Assembly: GCA_000004985.1 (NCBI GenBank)
Contig: GG738862.1
Length of the DNA: 64,000 nucleotides
Reading direction: 5' to 3' (one strand)
DNA from: Naegleria gruberi
Taxonomy: Eukaryota
Below the pieces are notes generated by a model. The model saw only the letters and a program-made list of their open reading frames with translations, was not told where the DNA came from and did no database searches. Shown here piece after piece: positions 50,629-59,187 of this stretch (position 1 is the first letter of the stretch; each line of letters begins with the position of its first letter). The translations under genes and the position numbers were made by a program.

Positions 50629-50657
50629 ACAGCTCGACGACCGCTTGGCTCGTAGTG
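50629..50657 (+). repeat. right terminal inverted repeat of candidate element
   Basis: ACAGCTCGACGACCGCTTGGCTCGTAGTG. Its reverse complement matches the left end 46524-46562. Confidence 0.6.
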
Positions 50658-50695
50658 TTGTGTTTTGAAAACTTGATCACAATTTGGATAAAAAA

Positions 50696-52606
50696 ATGTC
50701 ATTAGAGGATGATGGAGAGAAGCAGATTTATTCTGTGTTTAATTTACCGGAAGTGGTTTCTAATGTTTTATTAAATTTATCTGCAAGGGAAAGAGCAAAG
50801 TTTCGTCTCATCAATTCGAATTGTGATCAAGTATACAAAATTGAAGAGGAATTATTATTTATTAAATTATGGACAAGATATAGAGATGGACATTCGTTCG
50901 GATATCAAGAAGAAACACTTTCTAATGAAGAATTGGAGCATTATCAAGAAATTTATGGAAATTTACAATTTCATTTGCGTGTTTGGTTGACTAAATGTTC
51001 AAATGGAAGATATGAGAGGGAAAATTCATTGTTATTGAGTATTTGCAATATTGGCGATTGGAGATTTATTCAAGATTGTCCATTTGTGAATGAAGATTTT
51101 CTTGAAGAATATTTAGATTCGAATTTGGTAAAGAGTTTAGTTTGTGTTCACATGGCGAAAGAAGTTTCGTATTTTATGGACATGAGAAGTGGAATATTCT
51201 ACCAAAATGTTAATATTAAATCTACTTTGAATTGGAAAAGACTTGGAACTATTCAAGAATGGTTAGAAAATATGCCCTTCGATATATTAGGAAAATTATC
51301 AATGACTAATAAGGGAAGAAAAGTTAATTATCTTGCAAAACTTATGAAAGCAATGGAAGGAAATAATATTGAGGCGATTATTTCTTTATTGAAACAGAAT
51401 TTATGTTTATTTCCCTATTTAAAGGATCAATTTAAAAGAAGGGAAGAAATTTTACAATTTTTATTGGAAAATAACGTTTATGGAACATCAATTATTGGTA
51501 TACACAGTTATTTACCTGCATTTATACCGTATGATTTGAGATGTGATCCAGATTTTGTATTGAAATATTGTAAAATTATTGATTTTTATTATTATTTACC
51601 AACTAAATTAAGAAATGATACTGAATTGATCATTAAAATATTGGAAATTCACAAAGATGTCACTATTCATCTCAGTTCAGTACCAAAAGAATTATTTTCT
51701 GATATTAGGGTTTTGAAAATATTAAGAAAACCAATTATGGAAGAATTACAATACAAAGATTTCCCACATTTGGAAATTGACACTATTGAAAAATTAATGA
51801 TATTTGGAGATTGTAATATTCTATATCCATACATATCTGACAAGTTACTCAATGATCAAGATTTTATCAGGAAATTTTTAATTGCTCAATATGGAGAGGA
51901 GTATAATGTAAATCCTACAAATTTGGAATCTGTTAAACATCCATTACAAATGGTGTTTATTGACCAATCATTGAGAAGTAACAAATCAATCATGGAAAAC
52001 CTCTCACAATACCATCTTTTATATTTATGTGGCGACTTGAAAAGAGATTTTGACATTTTATCAAAAATTGAAAAAACAAGTATTCTAAAGAAGGTCAATC
52101 CACTTTTAACATTGGAAGATTATCTTGAAATATTTAGAAAATTCATACAAAGATCTCCAACGAAAACTTTTACATTTTACTATTATATTTCAAATTTACC
52201 AACAAAATTATTCAATTGTAAAGAGGTTGTTCTGACAACAGCAAAATTATACAAAAAGTATCTTGTGGTTTTAAGTAAGATTGGAAGTGAATTATGTAAG
52301 GATGTGCAGTTTTGGAGGGAATTGTTAGAGGAAACTTCGTATGTTGATATTGGAAGTTTCGTCCCACATGAAATTCGAAACGATCCAAAAGTTTTCCTCA
52401 AACAATTGAAATATCCTGAATTGCAAATGTGTTCAAAAGAGTTGTTGGAAAATGTTGAATTTGTGGAGGAGTTTTTGGTTGCCAATAATCATTTCGAATA
52501 CATTTACCTTTCACCTAAAATGAGATCAAATAAGGAATTATTCATGACATTAAGTGAGAAAGATATGGAACTATTTCAATTTGCATCCCCTGATTTATTT
52601 GCCTAA
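50696..52606 (+). CDS. DUF4116-repeat protein with F-box-like N-terminus (637 aa)
   Basis: ATG at 50696; the ORF-track start at 50684 is TTG. N-terminal LPEVVSNVLLNLSARERAKFRLINSNCDQV (F-box-like). Repeated D..FVLK...LP..LRND.E(L/I) units (DPDFVLKYCKII..LPTKLRNDTELIIKIL; LLNDQDFIRKFL; IRNDPKVFLKQL; MRSNKELFMTL). Confidence 0.55.
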   Translation: MSLEDDGEKQIYSVFNLPEVVSNVLLNLSARERAKFRLINSNCDQVYKIEEELLFIKLWTRYRDGHSFGYQEETLSNEELEHYQEIYGNLQFHLRVWLTKCSNGRYERENSLLLSICNIGDWRFIQDCPFVNEDFLEEYLDSNLVKSLVCVHMAKEVSYFMDMRSGIFYQNVNIKSTLNWKRLGTIQEWLENMPFDILGKLSMTNKGRKVNYLAKLMKAMEGNNIEAIISLLKQNLCLFPYLKDQFKRREEILQFLLENNVYGTSIIGIHSYLPAFIPYDLRCDPDFVLKYCKIIDFYYYLPTKLRNDTELIIKILEIHKDVTIHLSSVPKELFSDIRVLKILRKPIMEELQYKDFPHLEIDTIEKLMIFGDCNILYPYISDKLLNDQDFIRKFLIAQYGEEYNVNPTNLESVKHPLQMVFIDQSLRSNKSIMENLSQYHLLYLCGDLKRDFDILSKIEKTSILKKVNPLLTLEDYLEIFRKFIQRSPTKTFTFYYYISNLPTKLFNCKEVVLTTAKLYKKYLVVLSKIGSELCKDVQFWRELLEETSYVDIGSFVPHEIRNDPKVFLKQLKYPELQMCSKELLENVEFVEEFLVANNHFEYIYLSPKMRSNKELFMTLSEKDMELFQFASPDLFA

Positions 52607-52678
52607 ATTTATTGTTGAAAAGTGAATCTGGTGTCATTCAAATTATTAATTGAAGAGTGAAAGATTAAGGAATTGAAT

Positions 52679-52797
52679 GGCTACGGCCATATCACGATGA
52701 ATGCACCTCATCCCGTCCGATTTGAGAAGTTAAGCATCGTCGAGCCACATCAGTACTGAGGTTGGAGACAACTTGGGAACCTGTGGTGCTGTAGTCT
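52679..52797 (+). rRNA. 5S: 5S ribosomal RNA gene (copy 4)
   Basis: Identical 5S sequence followed by a T6 terminator. Preceded by aattattaattgaagagtgaaagattaaggaattgaat. Confidence 0.9.
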
Positions 52798-54175
52798 TTT
52801 TTATTCCCGTTCCTACTTAAACATCTTTTTCATTCTCCTTTAAACCTTCTTCCTTAATTAATTTTGGCTTTTGACATTTTTTACCTTGCAACTTGATTTC
52901 ACTGCATCTTGCATGGCTCCTTAAGAGGATAAAAAAAGAATAAAAATTAGCTGACATGAATTCAATATTAATAAATTAGTATATTTCAAAATTTAACGTA
53001 ACGAAATTTCTATTTCAATTTCGAAAAGCATTTAATTTGCTTTAAAATTACAACTCAAATCTTTCATTCCTTCAATAATTCCAACAATTTTGAAACATTC
53101 TATTGGTATATGATTTTGTGTGAAACTTGGGGATGATTATCCCACAAATAACACATGTAATTCTCCCACATTCATATTACCAATGACATGCACACGATAG
53201 TTGACAATGAGACAGGGCAAATACTGCCAATATCTATGTGTGTAATTCGTATCAATACGGATATGCCTATTACAGCGAGTGCTGGGCAACAGTATCAGAG
53301 ATAGGTAACATTACGTGACAGATTAAGCAGGAATGATAATAGCTCTTCCTACGAAACCAAATAGGGACTTGAGAAAATTTAAATGTTGTCCTCCTCTCGG
53401 TATTAAACTTGTTAAGAATCATGAGGTGTTGGCTTGTTGAGGTTCTTGGACCAGATGTTAGAATGTTGTCCGAGATTCAAGTCGCATTGAGCACAATGTC
53501 AGTGATGTGGGAAAGATGTTTGATTAATACTACTACCAACTCATGTCTTTGAGATTTTGCTCCCTTGATTACTAGCATGAGGAATTATAATGAATGTGTC
53601 CTTAATATTTCTCATGTTCATGTTTACATGTATTCAAGATGTGTTGAATGCATCCAACATGTGTTGTAACATAGCAATTATCACATATTTCCGTCAAGAT
53701 AGAGAGGACTGTACAACGCAACATCTTTTATCTCTGTGTGAAATACCCACTGATCTCCTTACCAAGCTTGTTTTTTTTAAAACTGAAATCGATGCTAGAA
53801 AAGGAAAGCAGTAATTTTGATATTACTGTTGGTAACAAGTAAGCCATTCACATTGAATATTATTACTTTGAGTACAAATATTATGAACTCTCAATTGCAA
53901 TCTTCTCTAATAGATTGTAGATTGGAAGAGCAGTCGTTGTTCTATCAGTAATTTATCGAGCAGATGACGAACATTCAACAAACAATCCAAAACTGGGATA
54001 TTCATATCTAAAATTGATATCCATTATTTTTGTACTGGACTCTATATCCCTCCTTTATTAATTTGAACATCTGTATATCACTGTATATATCTTTGTATTA
54101 CAATAGCTTTTTTAGTCCACACAACAATGTTTTCTCGTTTTCTCTCTTGTCCTTAGAAAAGCAAAAAAAAACAAA

Positions 54176-56035
54176 ATGTATCAAAGGAAAGCATTGATAA
54201 CTAACCAATCAATCCTTAGTGTCAGTTTGCTGCTAGTTTGTTTACTGGCATTAAGTATTTTGCATGTTCCATCATCTGTTTTGTGTGCTTCCTCAAGTAG
54301 CTCATCAAGTAATGGAACTGTGAGAGAATGGCTCAATGACTTGAATGATCAAGCTGCTAATCTACAATCCTCTGCTTCAAGATTGCAAAAAGCTATTGCA
54401 ATTTTGAGTATGGCCAACAATACAGCATCCATCATCAGCATGAGAAATGCCCAGCTAAAGAAGATTAATTCTGCACTTGACATGATTAATCAAGAAATTT
54501 CAATCTTTAAAATCACCTGCAGTAATAATGATGGTCCTGATTGTAGCATTCCAGTATGTGTATCAAAGTGTTTGAACTGCTCTGGACCTGGAAAGTGTGG
54601 TGTTTGTTCTGGTAATTTTGATGGAAGTGATTGCTCTGCATGTAAATCTGGATGGAGTAATTACAATAGCAATTGTACTGTTCCAATTTGTGATTCTAAA
54701 TGTATTATTTGTCAATCACCTGGAAACTGTACCAATTGCTCTGGTAATTATGATGGTTCTGTATGTTCATCATGCAAATCAGGATGGAATGGTTCTAATT
54801 GTTCAACACCTATTTGTGATTCTAAATGTGTAACTTGTCTCTCACCAGGAAACTGTACTAATTGCTCTGGTAATTGGACTGGATCTGCCTGTTCTATTCC
54901 TGTATGTGATTCCAAATGTTTGAATTGTTCAGCACCTAGTGTTTGTTCTCAATGTTCTGGTAATTGGGTTGGTTTAACTTGTTCAGTATGTCAGACAGGA
55001 TGGACAGGAGCAACTTGTTCAACACCAGTATGTGATTCCAAATGTACAACCTGTGCATCTCCTGGTGTTTGCTCAGTTTGTTCTGGTAATTGGCAAGGAT
55101 CTACATGTTCCACATGTAAGACAGGATGGACAGGAGCAACTTGTTCAACACCAATTTGTGATTCCAAATGTACAACCTGTGCATCTCCTGGTCAGTGTTC
55201 TGTGTGTTCTGCTGGTTGGACAGGAGCAACTTGTTCAACACCAGTTTGTGATTCTAAATGTACAACATGTGCATCTCCTGGTCAGTGTTCTGTGTGTTCT
55301 TCTGGTTGGACAGGAGCAACTTGTTCAACACCAGTTTGTGATTCCAAATGTACAACATGTACATCTCCTGGTGTTTGCTCAGTTTGTTCTGGTAACTGGG
55401 ATGGTCCTTCATGTTCTGTGTGTAAAACTAGTTGGACAGGTTCATCTTGCAATCTCGCTCTTGGTGATTTTGCAAACTCACCATTATTCTCCGCTAGTTA
55501 TGGAGCTAGGTTGATCACATCTATTTTGAGTGGCGTTATGAAGAAAACACCAACCAGACTCTATAGAGCCATGGCAACTTATGGTATGGGAATTGGTTAT
55601 GGCTATCATCCTTACGCTTTCCATAATGCCTGCAATGGTTATTCTTCAACAGTTACAATTGTGAAAACATCAGCAGGGGCTGTATTTGGTGCCTATCTAA
55701 GCATTCCATGGGAAGATTATAATGCTGGGGATACAACAACTCGTAAGACATTTTCAGATCCTAATGCATTTCTATTTAGTATGGTAACATCGAGCGGTGT
55801 GGAGAGATTTGTGAAATTGGGTTATTCTGGAGCTGTTGGACAAACTGTTACATACAATTTTATAACACATCCATTGTTTGGAGCGTCGGATATTTATTTG
55901 GGACAAGGGATGAGCTATCAGCCAGCACCTGATGCTTATTCGAAACCAGCAACTTTTCAACCTTTGGAACCTAACTGGAGTTATGGAACTACATATTCAT
56001 TCACTGTTTCTGATTATGAAGTGTATAGTATTTAA
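54176..56035 (+). CDS. secreted Cys-rich EGF/furin-like repeat protein with C-terminal TLDc domain
   Basis: ATG at 54176. Signal peptide MYQRKALITNQSILSVSLLLVCLLALSILHV. About 12 tandem CxxxCDSKCxxCxSPGxCxxCSGNWxGSxCSxCKxGWTGxxCS units. C-terminal ...VTIVKTSAGAVFGAYLSIPWEDYNAG...NAFLFSMV...GASDIYLGQG...SFTVSDYEVYSI is a TLDc-like signature. Confidence 0.65.
   Translation: MYQRKALITNQSILSVSLLLVCLLALSILHVPSSVLCASSSSSSSNGTVREWLNDLNDQAANLQSSASRLQKAIAILSMANNTASIISMRNAQLKKINSALDMINQEISIFKITCSNNDGPDCSIPVCVSKCLNCSGPGKCGVCSGNFDGSDCSACKSGWSNYNSNCTVPICDSKCIICQSPGNCTNCSGNYDGSVCSSCKSGWNGSNCSTPICDSKCVTCLSPGNCTNCSGNWTGSACSIPVCDSKCLNCSAPSVCSQCSGNWVGLTCSVCQTGWTGATCSTPVCDSKCTTCASPGVCSVCSGNWQGSTCSTCKTGWTGATCSTPICDSKCTTCASPGQCSVCSAGWTGATCSTPVCDSKCTTCASPGQCSVCSSGWTGATCSTPVCDSKCTTCTSPGVCSVCSGNWDGPSCSVCKTSWTGSSCNLALGDFANSPLFSASYGARLITSILSGVMKKTPTRLYRAMATYGMGIGYGYHPYAFHNACNGYSSTVTIVKTSAGAVFGAYLSIPWEDYNAGDTTTRKTFSDPNAFLFSMVTSSGVERFVKLGYSGAVGQTVTYNFITHPLFGASDIYLGQGMSYQPAPDAYSKPATFQPLEPNWSYGTTYSFTVSDYEVYSI
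54530..55440 (+). repeat. intragenic tandem DNA repeats (alternating ~120-bp and ~78-bp units) encoding the EGF-like modules
   Basis: Near-identical DNA units, for example ACTTGTTCAACACCAGT(A/T)TGTGATTC(C/T)AAATGTACAAC(C/A)TGTGCATCTCCTGG(TGTTTGC/TCAGTGT). They produce antisense pseudo-ORFs (54597..54833, 55032..55514). Confidence 0.8.
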
Positions 56036-56214
56036 ATTCAAACAATAAAAGATTCTTCATGAGCCATTAAAATAATGTGATGAAATTCCAACTTGGAAAT
56101 CTTGCTGATTTTCAACTGCATTTATTTATTTTTGATGTGTTTCAAACGAAACGACATCACTTCTACCAAGTTTATTATTTATAAAACAATAATGATGTAA
56201 ACTAACAAATCAAT

Positions 56215-56913
56215 TTATTGAGACAAACATTGATTAATGGATGGACATTGAGATGGAAGAATAAAATTAGCATTATCCACCTTTTCAATCATGTCATAAA
56301 AAACTTGTTCTTGAGAAGCATTCGAAACTACAACATACGAGCTCAATAACCAACACTTATTGGAGGTCATTTGTGGTTCTCTGAATGTCCACATGGTTCC
56401 AGTGGATCCGTTTTGAGAAGAAACAACTTTCAATGCATCATAATTACCAATCTTTCCTTTTGTAATCTTTCCATTGGATGCTGGAATGCAAATTGAATTC
56501 CATTGATTGAAATCTGAAACCTTTCTACAAACACATTGACCATCTCTTAAACCATACAAAACAGTTACTGTAGAACTAATCTTGATATCCCAATTGGTGT
56601 AATTGAAAACAACTCCATCAACTGTATAACTGATATCTTGTCTCATCTTTCCAGTATTGTAATCTGCTGAAACTTTAAAGTTTCCATCGTAATGTTGTAA
56701 AGTGTTATTGGACAAGACAGCAATTTGATTGAAACTTCCTTTCAAAGAAAAGACATTTGGCAAACAACAAATATTTGAATCAGATGGAGCTCTCTTATTG
56801 AAAGCAGAACTTTCGAATAATTGATTGAAAACAAACATTGGAGAAGCAGCGTGGCACATTGAAGCCATGGTTGCAACAACAAGTAAGAATGAAAGAATTG
56901 TTAGTTTCAACAT
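56215..56913 (-). CDS. hypothetical secreted protein (signal peptide; several Cys)
   Basis: First ATG at 56913 (MLKLTILSFLLVVATMASMCHA...); the ORF-track start at 56946 is TTG. 232 aa. No recognised domain. Confidence 0.5.
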   Translation of the reverse strand: MLKLTILSFLLVVATMASMCHAASPMFVFNQLFESSAFNKRAPSDSNICCLPNVFSLKGSFNQIAVLSNNTLQHYDGNFKVSADYNTGKMRQDISYTVDGVVFNYTNWDIKISSTVTVLYGLRDGQCVCRKVSDFNQWNSICIPASNGKITKGKIGNYDALKVVSSQNGSTGTMWTFREPQMTSNKCWLLSSYVVVSNASQEQVFYDMIEKVDNANFILPSQCPSINQCLSQ

Positions 56914-57037
56914 TTTTTTTGGTATGAGAAATTGTAAGATATTCAAATTATTTTACTAATTTATACATTTTCAAATTGGAAACTCAATCGAAACAATTTA
57001 ATTGATCAATCTTGAAACTTTAGTTGAAAGAATAAAA

Positions 57038-57156
57038 AGACTACAGCACCACAGGTTCCCAAGTTGTCTCCAACCTCAGTACTGATGTGGCTCGACGATG
57101 CTTAACTTCTCAAATCGGACGGGATGAGGTGCATTCATCGTGATATGGCCGTAGCC
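57038..57156 (-). rRNA. 5S: 5S ribosomal RNA gene (copy 5)
   Basis: Reverse complement is identical to the 5S sequence, followed by a T5 terminator on the minus strand. The upstream conserved block is present but interrupted by a 24-bp partial duplication (gatgaaagattattataaagaat). Confidence 0.9.
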
Positions 57157-57299
57157 ATTCTTTATAATAATCTTTCATCATTCAATTCCTTAATCTTTTA
57201 CTCTTCAATTAATAATTTTACTAAAATTGCAAAAGGAAAAAGAGTACGTGACAAATTGTTGCCAAAAGGTTTGTTGTTCTTTCTGGATAGGATTTGAAA

Positions 57300-57940
57300 T
57301 TGAAAGAACAAGAAGAACATCACTGCTAGATAACATCACGGAGATGTATTTATTGGTGTCTTGATGAAGATTGATGAAGTAGATGATGAATAATTATTGT
57401 TGGGAAGACATGTGAAAATTCAACTTTCCAATCTTTGGAAAATTGCTGAAAAACATTGCAAATCTACCTTTCCTGTTGTGATTTAATAACAAATCTTGTT
57501 CGTCCTGTTGAAATTGAACAAGTTTTCCAGTGCTGTTTTTGGCTGTGAAAATTAACGGTCAAACTTTCATCTTCTCCAACTCTACATCTGCTTGAAGGAA
57601 AATTTTGAAACTTTCTGGTATGATGCTAATTAACATTTAGAACAAGCCTAGGATGTTCTTGTTGCTTTTGATGATGTTCTTCATGATGAAAATATTAAAA
57701 TTATTAATTTGATGAAAATATTCTTAAAGTAATACAATCGCACCCATTTGATTGTTATATCATTGCTGTATACTAATGGATGATGTGGGTTTTACTTCTC
57801 CAACTCGACAAAATGTTCCATCAATTTAATCGGTGCCTTTTAAAATTTGTAATTCATGTTGAAATACAACAAAATTAATTCCCACATGTTCCATATTATC
57901 CTATCCTCTTGTTCTGAAAATATTTTCCGCAGTGTCGAAG
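57300..57940 (+). repeat. dispersed non-coding element R1, copy B
   Basis: Same orientation and the same conserved blocks as 7320..7950. Lies between 5S copy 5 and the gene starting at 58125. Confidence 0.45.
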
Positions 57941-58124
57941 AATTGCCTTTGAAAATCAGCAATGATGAAAACTGTAGCAGAGTGATGAAATTTTTTCCTC
58001 TTTTTTTTTGCTTGCACTTTCTTTCATCAAACTTCATTTAATGCAAAAACTCGGCAAAGATTTTCATTTACATATGTAACGGTTTTTGAAGAATAAAAAA
58101 AAGATTTTAATAATTTTCGAAAAA

Positions 58125-59129
58125 ATGAGTAGGATCGGGAAAGTGTGGTCATTGTTCGATCATTTTTGCGATTTATTAGCATCTCATCACGCAATACTAA
58201 ATGAGGAACCATTTGTAAATTTCCCTACTACTTCACTATCGGTCAGCCAAAAGCTTTTTGAAGATTTTAAACAATACACCACCCACCATAGAGATTATAA
58301 AGGGTTTCCTACAAGAAAAGGACATAAAAAGAACAAGTCTCTTCTTCCGAAGAACACAACAATGCCAAAGAATCACGAAGGTATTGTTAAAATGTTCAAT
58401 AATTTCTTCAATGCAAAGAAATCTTACATTCAAGAAAAACTCGAGGAAGATAAAAAGAACGGCCCTACCATTGCAGGTGTTGTTGAAGTTGTTGAGTGTG
58501 ATAAAGATGACAATGAGCAAGAATTATCAGATGACGAGGTTGTTGTGGATCCCAATGACGAAGATGTTGAAAAGAAATCATATTCTGTCTCGAACGAATC
58601 AGTAACAAGTATAATTAAGAAAGATATGAATGAATTAAAATCCAAACAGAGGAAAATATCTGACATTCAAGACTATGAAATTGAAGAAAAGCCCTTAAAG
58701 ATTAAAAAGAAAGAACTTGTTAAACAACAAGACCAGCAGGCCAATCTATGCAGAGGTGCTATTATAACATTAAAGAAAGAGGCAAAGCAAGCTATTGATA
58801 TTGATACAGAATCTCAAGATAAGAATATGACACAAACAAAGCTGTGTGTTCAAAAGATAGAACAAGTGTTAGAAGAAACTGTACCTATAATTGAAAAAGA
58901 AGCAAAAGAACTTCAACAAAGAAAAGAAAAAGTATTGGCTGAATTACAAAAAGAAGAAGAACGTATCAAATTAAGCATGGGACTTGTAACTACTGCTTCT
59001 CAATTCAAAGAACATTTGGTTGGTTTTATTCATGAGAAGGAAATAGAGTTTGCTAAATTGGAACAACAAGAGGAGGAGAACTTGAACGATTTTTATGCAA
59101 ATCTGTTCAAAAACTCAAACAATAAATGA
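58125..59129 (+). CDS. hypothetical coiled-coil protein (334 aa)
   Basis: ATG at 58125 (MSRIGKVWSLF...); the ORF-track start at 58086 is TTG. Acidic/lysine-rich with heptad-like K/E/Q repeats in the C-terminal half. Confidence 0.5.
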   Translation: MSRIGKVWSLFDHFCDLLASHHAILNEEPFVNFPTTSLSVSQKLFEDFKQYTTHHRDYKGFPTRKGHKKNKSLLPKNTTMPKNHEGIVKMFNNFFNAKKSYIQEKLEEDKKNGPTIAGVVEVVECDKDDNEQELSDDEVVVDPNDEDVEKKSYSVSNESVTSIIKKDMNELKSKQRKISDIQDYEIEEKPLKIKKKELVKQQDQQANLCRGAIITLKKEAKQAIDIDTESQDKNMTQTKLCVQKIEQVLEETVPIIEKEAKELQQRKEKVLAELQKEEERIKLSMGLVTTASQFKEHLVGFIHEKEIEFAKLEQQEEENLNDFYANLFKNSNNK

Positions 59130-59187
59130 AAGCGAGTAATGGCCTAAAATTGGTGTAAATTTCCAAAAACGTTTGGCTAATGGACTT

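Larger units (their letters stand above)
46524..50657 (+). mobile_element. candidate TIR-bounded DNA transposon (~4.13 kb) carrying three same-strand ORFs including a Tet/JBP dioxygenase
   Basis: Left end 46524-46562: CACTACGAGCCAAcgagctaagaaatGTCGTCGAGCTGT. Right end 50629-50657: ACAGCTCGACGACcgcTTGGCTCGTAGTG, which is the reverse complement CACTACGAGCCAAgcgGTCGTCGAGCTGT. The ends are 13+13 bp identical and GC-rich in an AT-rich context. The terminus begins 5'-CACTAC. The dinucleotide TT directly abuts both ends. The internal ORFs are packed with 33-bp and 12-bp spacers. Confidence 0.55.

Noticed and set aside
54597-55514. ORFs 54597..54833 and 55032..55514 overlapping the EGF/TLDc gene in other frames
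   Set aside because: They are an artefact of the near-identical intragenic DNA repeats, which keep alternative frames open. The Cys-rich + frame has the signal peptide, EGF spacing and TLDc domain.
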